A stretch of 64,000 bases of DNA from the NCBI GenBank assembly GCA_963746995.1, contig CAVVDF010000002.1:9366-73365 (forward strand). The letters are read 5' to 3'. Below the pieces are notes generated by a model that worked only from the letters and a program-made list of their open reading frames with translations, ran no database searches and was not told where the DNA came from. Below are positions 33,313 to 42,555 of this stretch, one piece after another. Position 1 is the first letter of the stretch. Every line of letters starts with the position of its first letter. A program made the position numbers and the translations under genes. The DNA is from an uncultured Actinomycetes bacterium. GTDB lineage: Bacteria > Actinomycetota > UBA4738 > HRBIN12.

Positions 33313-34965
33313 TCAGCGCCCCGCGATCGACGCAAGTGCGTCCCCGACCTGCGCGATCGTCTCGGCTGTCGCGTCAGGCCCCAGTGCGACGTGCACGACG
33401 AAGGCGCGCCCGCCGATCGACCACCGGAAGACGGATGGGTTGGCACCGCCGAAGCACGGTGACGGATCGGTGGGCGCAGCGGTGACGTCGATGGTCTGCG
33501 GCTTCGGTGTGAACCGCAGGTCTGCCGGTGGATCGCCCCGATACCAATCGACCCACACGAGCGCTCCGTCGGTCGGGAGCTCGCGCAGCGCATTGATCGG
33601 CCCGCAGTAGCCGCCGGGCGTGAAGTTCCACGACCCGGCCGCGAGCGCCGACATGGGTTGCTCGAGTCCGGACACCGGGTTCGTTTGACCGGTCCACCCG
33701 TCCGGCGCTCGCATCTCGACATGGGTGTACGCGTCGCTCAGTGATCGGGCGGCGTCGTCGGCGGCGACCTCCGGAACGTCCTCGCCATCGTAGATCGGAC
33801 CCACCCGCGTCGCACCGGGCGCCGGCGTGTAGGTGGGGTCGGCGAGCGGTTCGATCGTGATGCCCGCCAAGAGCGCGTTCACCTCGTCGAGCTGCGCGGC
33901 AGTCGGCGTCGCGCCGAACTCGACGTACAGGCTGAAGGCGCGACCGCCTGTGGTGAACGTGCGCTGGTACAGCACGTGGCCGAACGCGGGTGCCGACCCG
34001 CCGTCCAGCACCTCGCACCCGTCGCAGCGCTCGTTGTCCCCGATCGATAGGGACCCCTCGAGCGGCGCCCACCCCTGCAGCTCGACCAGGGCATCGCTTT
34101 CATCGAGCACGATGGTGGTGTCGTCGGGACCGAGGGCGGCACGCCGCGTCGAGTCCCAGTACAGCGTGTCGATCGGCATGGTCGCCACCATCAGCGTCGG
34201 ATCGCCCGTGTACAGCAGCGCGTGCCATCCGACCGGCACAGGCATCGCGATGCCGAACTGATCGATCGCGTCGGTCGGCGCCGGCGCCGGCGCCACGCGA
34301 AGCTGATCGAGCGCCTGCTGCGCCTGACGCAGCATTGCGGGATCGGGGTGATCCGTACCGAGGTACACGAGTGCGAGGACGGGTCGGCCGTCAACGAGCA
34401 CGGAGAACCAGATGCGGGTGAGGTCGGTCCGCGCGAGACCCTCGGCCCCCCCCGTCAGTCGGGTGCCATCGCTGAGGTCAAGTGGCAATGTGGCCGGGCG
34501 GTAGTCGGATCCCCGAGGGATGGGGTTCCGGGTGAACAGGAGTTGTTGCGCGACCATCGCGATACCGGTCGGTGGCAGGGCATCGAGGAATGCGTTGTCC
34601 AGCCCCGGCGGATATCCCTCGGAGGTTTCCGGCAGCGGCACGTTCGCCATCGTGGCCGCGGTCGACGCGGGCATCGAGGGCGCGGCGGTCGCGATCGAGG
34701 TTGCGGTGTGCCATCCGTCGAGCGGGGCGAACGTGATGGCGGCAGGTGACGGCTCGTTGCCAGGTATCGGCCCCTTTCCGAGGGATCCCAGTTCGTGCAG
34801 CGGCCACGCGATCGCGCCGATCGCGACGAGCACGGCGACGGCGCCTGCGATCGTCCGCCACGTGCGCAGCACGCGAGCGCGCCGCCGCACGGCGTGGAGG
34901 TCGGGCGGCGACGCCCCTGGCGACGCTGCCGATCGGAGCGCCGATCGAAGATCGAGGTCGTTCAT
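33313..34965 (-). CDS. Single-pass membrane protein, putative anti-sigma/sensor with three repeated extracellular domains
   Basis: Intact 550 aa: N-terminal 'DLRSALR...VRRRAR' helix, one TM segment, three 'GW...GR...G' repeats. Start overlaps the ECF sigma stop. Confidence 0.7.
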   Translation of the reverse strand: MNDLDLRSALRSAASPGASPPDLHAVRRRARVLRTWRTIAGAVAVLVAIGAIAWPLHELGSLGKGPIPGNEPSPAAITFAPLDGWHTATSIATAAPSMPASTAATMANVPLPETSEGYPPGLDNAFLDALPPTGIAMVAQQLLFTRNPIPRGSDYRPATLPLDLSDGTRLTGGAEGLARTDLTRIWFSVLVDGRPVLALVYLGTDHPDPAMLRQAQQALDQLRVAPAPAPTDAIDQFGIAMPVPVGWHALLYTGDPTLMVATMPIDTLYWDSTRRAALGPDDTTIVLDESDALVELQGWAPLEGSLSIGDNERCDGCEVLDGGSAPAFGHVLYQRTFTTGGRAFSLYVEFGATPTAAQLDEVNALLAGITIEPLADPTYTPAPGATRVGPIYDGEDVPEVAADDAARSLSDAYTHVEMRAPDGWTGQTNPVSGLEQPMSALAAGSWNFTPGGYCGPINALRELPTDGALVWVDWYRGDPPADLRFTPKPQTIDVTAAPTDPSPCFGGANPSVFRWSIGGRAFVVHVALGPDATAETIAQVGDALASIAGR

Positions 34966-35471
34966 GGCATGAGCTCCTCATGTGGGTTCGGCTCGGGTTC
35001 TTCTTCGAGCGCTCGATACAGCGCCTCGCGAGCCCGAGCGAGATGTGTCTTCACCGTGCCCGCGTCGACGGCCATCGCTGCAGCGACGTCGGCGATCGGA
35101 AGGTCCAAGAGATAGAAGAGCGCGACGGCCTCCTGCTGACGCGCGGGGAGCGAGCGGATGGCGGATCGGAGCGCGAGCGCCCCCGCCGCGTCGGGATCCG
35201 CGATCGGGTGCTCGATCGATATCGACGGTGCCTTCCGCAGCTGACGCCGAGCGACGTTCATCGCCGTCGTCGTGATCCACCCGCCGGGCACGGGGTGCGC
35301 GCGGAGCCGGCGCCATCTCGCGAGCGCTCGGGCGAACGCTTCCTGCGTCGCGTCCTCGGCGAGCTGTGCGTTCCCGCAGAGCAGGAACACGGCTCGGCGA
35401 ACCGGTTCGAACTCGACCAGGTACAGCTCGTCGAAGTCAGGATGCGCGCTCACGTCCGCCTTCCCATACAT
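34962..35471 (-). CDS. ECF sigma factor
   Basis: AEDATQEAF (region 2); LPARQQEAVALFY...GTVKTHLARAR (region 4). Confidence 0.9.
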   Translation of the reverse strand: MYGKADVSAHPDFDELYLVEFEPVRRAVFLLCGNAQLAEDATQEAFARALARWRRLRAHPVPGGWITTTAMNVARRQLRKAPSISIEHPIADPDAAGALALRSAIRSLPARQQEAVALFYLLDLPIADVAAAMAVDAGTVKTHLARAREALYRALEEEPEPNPHEELMP

Positions 35472-35528
35472 CCTCGAGTCCTGCGGGAGCCCTCAGGTTG
35501 ACACCGAAGCCCAGATCAGCGGAAGGCC

Positions 35529-35675
35529 CTAGGGCGAACCGGTCGCCGGCAGCTGCGCCGAGCCCGACGGCCCCGGAAAGGGCGTCGTCGGCGCGGGCTG
35601 ATTCAGCTGCGCGACCGTGGCGATCAGCAGGATCACGAACAGGATGACCAGGATGATGGCGGTGACGCGACGCAT
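35529..35675 (-). CDS. Small membrane protein (48 aa)
   Basis: MRRVTAIILVILFVILLIATVAQ followed by a Pro-rich tail; starts 4 nt after the upstream stop. Confidence 0.6.
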   Translation of the reverse strand: MRRVTAIILVILFVILLIATVAQLNQPAPTTPFPGPSGSAQLPATGSP

Positions 35676-35679
35676 CGCC

Positions 35680-36477
35680 TCAGGATACGGGCGCGATGCC
35701 GAGTGCGGCTTCGGTGTGCAGGCGCATCTCGACGAGCAACGCCTCGATCGCCTCCGGGTCGTCCAGCCGCTTGCGCAGGTCGACCTCGAGCGACACGCAC
35801 CCTTCGTAGTCGCTCGCAGCGAGGTCCGCAAGGAACCGATCGAGATCCAAAACACCCTCGCCCGGCGGCAAGTGGGAGTCCCAGCCCTTGCCCGCGTTGT
35901 CGGAGAGATGGACATGGCGCAAACGATCGCCGAACGACCGCCGCACCTCCGCGAGGTCGTGGCGCGCCACAGCCGCATGCGACGTGTCGAGCACCAGATG
36001 CGGCAGCCCTGCCAACTGATCGATGTCCTGGTTCGCGTGCAGCATCAGCGGCTTCGACCCGATGTGCAGCGGAAACATGTTCTCGATCGCGACGATCACG
36101 CCCGTTCTGTCCTCCACGCTCTCGAGCGACGTGTGGAGCCACGCTCGGTACGAGCGCTGCCACCGGTAGGGCGGGTGCATCACGACGAGCGGGACACCGG
36201 CGGCACGGGCCACGCGCGTGGCCTGGTCGATCTTGCCGACGGGATCGGTGCCCCAGACCGACCGCGTGAGGAGCAGCGCCGGGGCGTGCAGGGCGCCGAT
36301 GCGCAGGTCGTGCTGCTCGGCGAGACGCGCCATCTCGGCCGGATCCTGGCTGGCCGGGTCCTTCGTCACCATCACCTCGACGTTGCGGTAGCCGCACCGG
36401 GCGGCCAGGGCGAAGGTCTGCGCGAGCGGCCGGGCGAAGAACGCGGCCGTCGAGAGGGCGACGCACGGACGGGTCAT
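35680..36477 (-). CDS. Sugar phosphate isomerase/epimerase (xylose-isomerase-like TIM barrel)
   Basis: HAP, VMHPP, AIENMFP, LDTSH, HVHLSD, HLPPGEG, SLEV. Confidence 0.85.
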   Translation of the reverse strand: MTRPCVALSTAAFFARPLAQTFALAARCGYRNVEVMVTKDPASQDPAEMARLAEQHDLRIGALHAPALLLTRSVWGTDPVGKIDQATRVARAAGVPLVVMHPPYRWQRSYRAWLHTSLESVEDRTGVIVAIENMFPLHIGSKPLMLHANQDIDQLAGLPHLVLDTSHAAVARHDLAEVRRSFGDRLRHVHLSDNAGKGWDSHLPPGEGVLDLDRFLADLAASDYEGCVSLEVDLRKRLDDPEAIEALLVEMRLHTEAALGIAPVS

Positions 36478-36542
36478 CGGCTCCAGGCTAGCCCAGCGCG
36501 AGGCACCGGCGACACGGGCGGACGGGCACTATCCTGTGCGCC

Positions 36543-37253
36543 ATGTGGCTGATCCCTCTCGTCGCGGCCGTCGTCGCGACCGTGTTCGCCGTCATGGTGT
36601 TTCGCCAATACCTCGCCCGTCGCGGGCAGGCGCAACTCATGTGGGCGATCGCGATGGCGATGTTCGCGGTCGCCTCGGCCGCCGCAGCGGTCGGCGTCGC
36701 CTCGGGGTGGTCACGACAGCTGTACGCGGTCTACTGGGCTTTCGGAGCCGTGCTGACGGTGCCGTTCCTCGCCGGTGGCGAGATCGTGCTGTTGTTCAAG
36801 CGCCGGTGGGTGGTGTGGGCGACCTGGCTCGTGCTGATCTTCTCGGTGGCGTTCACGTTCTCGGTGCTGCAGCAGGCGTCGTTCGATGCAGGAGCGCTGG
36901 CCGAACAGTTGCCGTCGGGCAAGGAGGTCTTCGGCGCCGGCACGTCGGCCCACCGACTGCCGCAGGTGTTCTCCTACCCCGCGTACGCGATCTTGGTTGC
37001 CGGCGCTCTGTGGTCCGCATGGAAGATGCGTGGGCGACCCGAGTTGCGGGATCGATTCATCGGCACCCTGCTGATCGCGGTGGGCGCGACGGTGGTGGCG
37101 GCGGGCGCGGGCTTCGCCGCCGCCGGGGTCGTGCCGGGATTCGTGACGACGCTCGTCGTGGGGATCGGCCTGATGTTCTGGGGGTTCCTGCGGGCGTCAC
37201 GTCCCGTGGTCGTCCCGGAGCTTGCGGTTCAGGCGGCCGGCCAGGCCGGCTGA
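36543..37253 (+). CDS. Multi-pass membrane protein
   Basis: Intact 236 aa with about 7 hydrophobic segments. Confidence 0.75.
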   Translation: MWLIPLVAAVVATVFAVMVFRQYLARRGQAQLMWAIAMAMFAVASAAAAVGVASGWSRQLYAVYWAFGAVLTVPFLAGGEIVLLFKRRWVVWATWLVLIFSVAFTFSVLQQASFDAGALAEQLPSGKEVFGAGTSAHRLPQVFSYPAYAILVAGALWSAWKMRGRPELRDRFIGTLLIAVGATVVAAGAGFAAAGVVPGFVTTLVVGIGLMFWGFLRASRPVVVPELAVQAAGQAG

Positions 37254-37925
37254 CCGGGCGTCGCGGGCTCGGAATCGGCGGGCTCCAGCGTCACGAGCAG
37301 CTGCACCGTGGTCTCGTCCAGCGTGAGCTCGAGCGCCACGACGCCATTCACCGGCGCGAAATCGCCGAGGTAGCTCGTGCCCGACGGACCCCACGGCCCA
37401 CAGTCGGTAGATCATGCCGCTGGGCGGCGATGCGACCCCCGTGCCCATCACGTAGGTCGCCTCGCGGTCGGGCGCCGTGACCTCGTCCGCCTCGCCGAGG
37501 TCGGTGGTCTCGGCGCCGGGCAGCGCGGCGATCGAGCGGATCTGGGCCAGGTCCGCCTGCGCGAGCGTCTGGCCCTCGCCGTCGGCCGAGGTGACCGCCA
37601 GTCCCGCGATCCCGACCAGCACCACGACGGCCGCCGCGGCAGCAACGAGCCGCGCGGGGCTCCAGCCGGCGAGACGGCGTGTCCGGCGCGGCTCGAGCTC
37701 GCCCGTCAGCCGTGGCAGGAGCATCTCGGGCGGAGCGAGCGGCGCCACCGAGACCGCCAGGTCGCCGGTCACGGCCTGGAGGTCCGTGAGGGTCGTGCGG
37801 CAGGTGGCGCAGTCCGGGACGTGCTCGGCGAGCAGGCGGTCGGCCTCCTGCGCGTCGGGACCCTCCAGCGCGCGCAGGATGTAGCCGGCGAGCAGCTCGT
37901 CGATGGCGTCGTGGTCGGCGATCAC
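37229..37925 (-). CDS. Anti-sigma factor (zf-HC2 plus RskA-like)
   Basis: HVPDCATC zinc motif, a TM segment, PPSGMIYRLW, VTLEPA. Confidence 0.85.
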
Positions 37926-38485
37926 GCGGGCGCCTCCAGGGCGACGCGCAGCTTGCGCATCGCGGCAAGGGTCCGGGTCTTCACGGTGCCGAGCGGGATC
38001 TGCAACTCCTCGGCGATCTGCACTTGGGTCTTCCCATCGAAATACGCCATCTCGAGTACCTGTCGTTGTGCGTCGGGAAGCTCGGTGAGCGCTTCGCGGA
38101 CCTCTTTGCGTCGGACCGCCAGGTAGCCGGCTTCGGCAACCTCGTCCGCTGGGTCTTCGCCAACCGCGGGCTCGAGGTTCGCCGCCTTCTCGTTGCGGGC
38201 TCGCATCCGTTGCTCCCGCCGCACGAGGTCCACACCCCGGTGGTGCACCATCGACAGGAAGAAGGTCCGGAAGGTGCCGCGGGTGTGGTCGAAGGCTTCG
38301 GGGGCGCGCCAGAGCGCCATGAAGGCGTCGTGGACGACGTCCTGCGCCAGGATCTGCTGGCCGGTGACCCGGTACGCGAGGCCGTACGCCGGGGCCGCAT
38401 ACCGGCGGTAGAGCTCGTCGAAGGCCGACCGATCGCCCGCTGCCAGCCGGCGGTGGAGTTCCAGATCCTCGGTCGGGTCCAGCAT
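37922..38485 (-). CDS. ECF sigma factor (SigK-like)
   Basis: GDRSAFDELYRRY, AQDVVHDAF..LWR, LEMAYFDGKTQ..IAEELQIPLGTVKTR. Confidence 0.9.
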   Translation of the reverse strand: MLDPTEDLELHRRLAAGDRSAFDELYRRYAAPAYGLAYRVTGQQILAQDVVHDAFMALWRAPEAFDHTRGTFRTFFLSMVHHRGVDLVRREQRMRARNEKAANLEPAVGEDPADEVAEAGYLAVRRKEVREALTELPDAQRQVLEMAYFDGKTQVQIAEELQIPLGTVKTRTLAAMRKLRVALEAPA

Positions 38486-38506
38486 CGCCCCCGTATCCTG
38501 CCAGCC

Positions 38507-38743
38507 GTGGCCACCGTCGTCCTGTACTCGCGTCCGGGCTGTCACCTCTGCGACGACGCGCGCGCCGTGATCGAGCGCGTGCGAGCGTCGACGCCCTTCG
38601 CCTTCGACGAGGTCGACATCGAGACCGACGATGCGCTTGTGCGGGACTACGGTGTCCGGATCCCGGTGGTGAGCGTGGACGGCGAGGAGCTGTTCGAGAG
38701 CTCGGTCGACGCCGCCGCCCTGCGATCGGCGGTCCGTGCATGA
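38507..38743 (+). CDS. Glutaredoxin-like protein (DUF836)
   Basis: LYSRPGCHLCDDA ... YGVRIPVV; conserved position upstream of rex. Confidence 0.88.
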   Translation: MATVVLYSRPGCHLCDDARAVIERVRASTPFAFDEVDIETDDALVRDYGVRIPVVSVDGEELFESSVDAAALRSAVRA

Positions 38744-39405
38744 GCAGCCCCCGTCAGATCCCCGACGCGACCGTGGCCCGGCTCCCGGTGTATCTGCGGG
38801 CCCTCGTGGGGCTCGTGGATGGCGACGAGACGACGGTGTCCTCCGAGACGCTCGCGGAAGCAGCCGGTGTGACCTCGGCGATGGTACGCAAGGACCTCTC
38901 CTTCCTGGGCGCGTCCGGCACGCGCGGCGTCGGATACGACGGCTGGTCCCTGATCCACGAGATCCGGGCGGAGCTCGGGCTCTCGCAGCACTGGCAGATC
39001 GTCATCGCCGGCATCGGAAATCTCGGCCAGGCGCTCGCCAACTACCGGGGCTTCACCGAGCGGGGGTTCCGCGTCGCGGCGCTTGTCGACGTCGACCCGG
39101 CGAAGCGCGGGATGCGGATCGAGGGGCTCGAGGTGGAGCCGCTTGACGCGCTGGACCGGTTGGTCCGCGAGCACGGGATCGCGATCGGGGTGATCGCGAC
39201 GCCTGCGGCCTCGGCCCAGGACGTGGCCGGGCGGATGGTGCGCGCAGGGCTTCGCTCGATCCTGAACTTCGCGCCGGCTGTCGTGACGGTGCCCGCGGGC
39301 GTGACGGTGCGCAAGGTGGATCTGGCGGTGGAGCTGCAGATCCTGGCGTACTACGAGCAGCGCAGCGCCGACGAGCGGCCGCGCGACGTCAGCGCGGGAT
39401 CGTGA
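38740..39405 (+). CDS. rex: Redox-sensing repressor Rex
   Basis: IPDATVARLPVY, VRKDLSFLG..GTRGVGY, GIGNLG, ILNFAP. Confidence 0.95.
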   Translation: MSSPRQIPDATVARLPVYLRALVGLVDGDETTVSSETLAEAAGVTSAMVRKDLSFLGASGTRGVGYDGWSLIHEIRAELGLSQHWQIVIAGIGNLGQALANYRGFTERGFRVAALVDVDPAKRGMRIEGLEVEPLDALDRLVREHGIAIGVIATPAASAQDVAGRMVRAGLRSILNFAPAVVTVPAGVTVRKVDLAVELQILAYYEQRSADERPRDVSAGS

Positions 39406-39511
39406 TCCAGATCAAGAAGGCGACGATCAGCAGCATCACCGTGAGCAGGATGAACTGCACGGCCCCTTGATCCAGGAGGGGCACGCCTTCGGCGATCAGG
39501 TGGAGCAGCAT
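39389..39511 (-). CDS. 40-aa single-TM protein, last gene of the Rieske/cytb operon
   Basis: Strong Shine-Dalgarno GAAGGAGGGG; MLLHLIAEGVPLLDQGAVQFILLTVMLLIVAFLIWITIPR*. Confidence 0.7.
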   Translation of the reverse strand: MLLHLIAEGVPLLDQGAVQFILLTVMLLIVAFLIWITIPR

Positions 39512-39526
39512 GGTTCCCCTCCTTCG

Positions 39527-40273
39527 CTATGCGGGTCCGTACCACGGCGGCGCCGTGCCGCCGATCAGGAAGTCCTTGCGAGTGCGTTCGGCTCTGTCGA
39601 GCAGCGGAATGTGCAGGATCAACAGCCCGAGCGAAACCAACAGGAAGATCACCGAGTAGTGCCACACTTGGCCGCTCGCGTAGTGCAGCGTGACGGTGGT
39701 GCTCGGACCACCACCGCTGAAGTGCGCCTGCGCGACCGCGATCTTGTTGCCGTCGGCGTCGGTGGTCAGACGGAGATCGTCCACGACGAACTGCGTCGGC
39801 TGGATCGAATCGAAGGCCAGTGGATCCTGGCCGAGAGCGATGTTCGACTGTTTGGCGAGGTACGTCTGGATCGCTCCCTGGGCTGCCTGGACGTCGGCGG
39901 CTTGGGCCGGGTCTGACGTATCCGGCTCGGGGAGTTCCCCGCTCGGGTAGGAGGCGAACTCGTCGTGGACGGCGCCCGGGTCCAGCCCCGCCGCGTCGAC
40001 CACCCACGCAGGATCCGGCCCGCGCGGGCCGAGGTTGGTCGGTGTGGACGGCCCCTGGGACCAGAACCCGAACAGCCACAGCGACGACTGGATCGTCATC
40101 CATCCGAAGAACGCGACCGCCACGACCAGGTAGCCCATCCAGCGACCGAAGACGGCCGCCAGGATCATGTACACGGTGCCGACGAACAGGATGAACGCGG
40201 CGATCACGACGCCCGCGCCCTTCCACAGGACGCCGCAGTCCACCGCGAACGAGAGACAGGAATGCGTTTCCAT
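39527..40273 (-). CDS. Uncharacterised membrane protein in the Rieske/cytb operon
   Basis: Intact 248 aa: two N-terminal TMs, a soluble domain and a C-terminal TM; abuts the cytochrome c gene. Confidence 0.75.
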   Translation of the reverse strand: METHSCLSFAVDCGVLWKGAGVVIAAFILFVGTVYMILAAVFGRWMGYLVVAVAFFGWMTIQSSLWLFGFWSQGPSTPTNLGPRGPDPAWVVDAAGLDPGAVHDEFASYPSGELPEPDTSDPAQAADVQAAQGAIQTYLAKQSNIALGQDPLAFDSIQPTQFVVDDLRLTTDADGNKIAVAQAHFSGGGPSTTVTLHYASGQVWHYSVIFLLVSLGLLILHIPLLDRAERTRKDFLIGGTAPPWYGPA

Positions 40274-41000
40274 CTACGGGTCCCTCGGGTTGGTGCGTCG
40301 CCGCCGCAAGCGCCGCGTCGGCCGCATCCTTGTTCAGGCACACGTTGTCCTCGAAGGGGACGTTCTCTTCGCTCAGCTGAACCAGATACAACACGATGTC
40401 GTTGATCTGCTGATCATCGAGTGCGCCGGCGTAGCGGATGCTCCACGACGGCATCGCGTTCCTGCCTTCGGAGATCACCTGGAAGATGTCATCCACGCTG
40501 TAGATGGAGGGGTGTCCGTACTTCGCGCCACCGCAGATCGTGGTCAGGTTCGGCGGGTTGGCGACGATCGGGTTGCCGTTCGCGTCGAGCGCGTTGATGG
40601 CGCCGCCCTTCAGCTCGTTGCCGTGGCAGCGCACGCACCCGACCCCCAGCTGGTTCTCCTCGGTGAAGGGATGGACGGCCTTCTCGCCACGAGCGATCGA
40701 CTCGGTCTTGAGCGCCTCTTCTTGACCGAGGTTCCGTCCGGGCTCGAGCAGCCACTGCACCGGGAACCAAAGGACCATGAACGCGACCAGCACGACACCC
40801 CAGCCCTGGAGCTTCAACAACTGCGGGGTCTCGAGCGCTTGATCGGACGGGCCCGGGCTCATCGTCGCGGGCACCTCCGGCTTGCGCCCTTTCGACCGGT
40901 GCCGCAGGGCGAACAGCGCGAGGAACAGGAAGAACAGGATCGCGCCGAAGACGACGAGCGACGCGCCCGCGAGGTTCGTCTCAGCCAGCATGCCGTCCAC
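40274..41000 (-). CDS. Membrane-anchored monoheme cytochrome c
   Basis: Two TMs, one CVRCH motif, distal AMPSW Met; indel near the 3' end. Confidence 0.85.
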
Positions 41001-41711
41001 TCAGCCCGTCGCCACGCAGAAGGGCCCCTCTTGGGGCTGATCGGTCGTGTTGGTACCGCGGGGCGGGCCCAGCTTTATCGTGGAGGTGTCGACGATCACG
41101 TTGCCGTCGACCACCTCGACCGGGAAACGGTCGAGGCCGCGCGGCGCGGGGCCGAGCTTGTACTCGCCGGCCTGGTTGTACTTCGAGCCGTGGCACGGGC
41201 ACTCGAACCATTGCGAGGATTGGCAGAACGGTACCCGGCAGCCGAGGTGCACGCACCGCTGGTACAGCGGCATGATGCCCTCGGTGGTGACGCCCTCCTC
41301 GGGGTAGTTCGCCTGACCGGTCCCGGGGGTGCCGTCCCATGGCACGACGTACAGCCGGCCCTGTCCCACGTACACGTAGGAGTTCTCGTCGATCTGCGCC
41401 TTGATGTCCCCGAGCGGGCCCGCGTTGATCTTCGAGCCGAATCCACCCTTGAGGTTCGGCCACAAGAACCCGATCGTGCCCAGCCCGAACTCGGCGCCGA
41501 ACAGCATGACCGACGACAAGAGCGCTCGGCGCTGGAAGTCGCGGCGGCTGATCGCGCTGGTCGCCTTGGCCGGCGCCTCGCCCGCGGCCGCGCGCTTCGC
41601 GGCGGCGTTCCGGCGCGCATAGCCGGTGATGAAGTAGATGAGGAACACATCCGCGAGGACGACCGCGATGATGATCGCGAGGGTGCCGTTCGTGATCGCC
41701 AGCACGCTCAC
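41001..41711 (-). CDS. Rieske 2Fe-2S subunit
   Basis: Tat-like SRRDF, CVHLGC and CPCHGSKY, GPAPRGLDRF. Confidence 0.93.
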   Translation of the reverse strand: MSVLAITNGTLAIIIAVVLADVFLIYFITGYARRNAAAKRAAAGEAPAKATSAISRRDFQRRALLSSVMLFGAEFGLGTIGFLWPNLKGGFGSKINAGPLGDIKAQIDENSYVYVGQGRLYVVPWDGTPGTGQANYPEEGVTTEGIMPLYQRCVHLGCRVPFCQSSQWFECPCHGSKYNQAGEYKLGPAPRGLDRFPVEVVDGNVIVDTSTIKLGPPRGTNTTDQPQEGPFCVATG

Positions 41712-42547
41712 AGCTCGAAGAACACCCCCTGCGCCCACGGCCACACCCAGTTGTACCCGGGGCCTCGGAAGAACGAGCCGATGATCGTCAGGACCGCACC
41801 GAACATGAACAGCATGGTGAACAGGATGATCGCGACCTTGCGGTCACCCGGCTTGTTGCTCGCGTTGCGGTCCATGTAGGGGATCGCGGCCAGCCCCACC
41901 AAGATGAAGGTCGGGATCGTGATGCCCGCGACCATCGGGTGGAAGTAGCGCAGCAGCTCCTGCAGCCCGAGGAAGTACCAAGGCGCCTTCGACGGGTTCG
42001 GCGTGAGGTTCGGGTTCGCCAACTCCCGCAGCGGCGCGTTGACGAACGCCGAGAACACGAGCATCCCGACGAACAGGATCAGCATCGCGATGAACTCCTC
42101 CAGCAGGAGATGCGGCCACGTGTGCACGCGGTCGCCCTGCTCGCGCTCGACGCGCTGGATCCCCTCGGGCGGCACGAGCGCCAGCAATCGGTGCTTGTCC
42201 GCCGCGCCCTTCTTCGGGGTCGGGAGGTTGCCGGTGGGCAGCGGGGCCTCGCGTCGTGCGGCGGTGATCGGTGCGGCGGCGACGGCGACAGCGGCCCCGC
42301 CACCGGCAGCGGCGGCGGCCGGCGCGGCGTCGGCGACCGGCGCGGCAGCGGGCGCGGCAGTGGTCTCGGCGGTGCGCGCCTGCGCGGCGTGGGCAGCGGC
42401 CTCGTCCGGGTGCGCGGCGCGGTAGGCCCGAACCGCCTTGGAGCGCGCGCGGCCCTCGGCGATCCGAGCATCGGTCCCCGCGCCCTTCTCGGCGTCGAGC
42501 GCCTGCTGGTAGGTGTCGAGGTCCTTGTTGGTTTCTTCCCAGCTCAT
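41708..42547 (-). CDS. Cytochrome b C-terminal subunit (subunit IV/PetD-like) with Ala-rich N-terminal extension
   Basis: TWPHLL, ANPNLTPNPSKAPWYFLGLQELL, AIPYMDRN; three TMs. Confidence 0.85.
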   Translation of the reverse strand: MSWEETNKDLDTYQQALDAEKGAGTDARIAEGRARSKAVRAYRAAHPDEAAAHAAQARTAETTAAPAAAPVADAAPAAAAAGGGAAVAVAAAPITAARREAPLPTGNLPTPKKGAADKHRLLALVPPEGIQRVEREQGDRVHTWPHLLLEEFIAMLILFVGMLVFSAFVNAPLRELANPNLTPNPSKAPWYFLGLQELLRYFHPMVAGITIPTFILVGLAAIPYMDRNASNKPGDRKVAIILFTMLFMFGAVLTIIGSFFRGPGYNWVWPWAQGVFFEL

Positions 42548-42555
42548 ACGCGCTC

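Noticed and set aside
39351-41000. 549-aa cytochrome c fusion shown in the ORF track
   Set aside because: Read-through caused by an indel near 40290; separate downstream genes in other frames have their own starts and TM patterns.
42270-42420. GCG/GCC-rich tandem-like DNA repeat
   Set aside because: Explained by the Ala/Pro linker codons of subunit IV.
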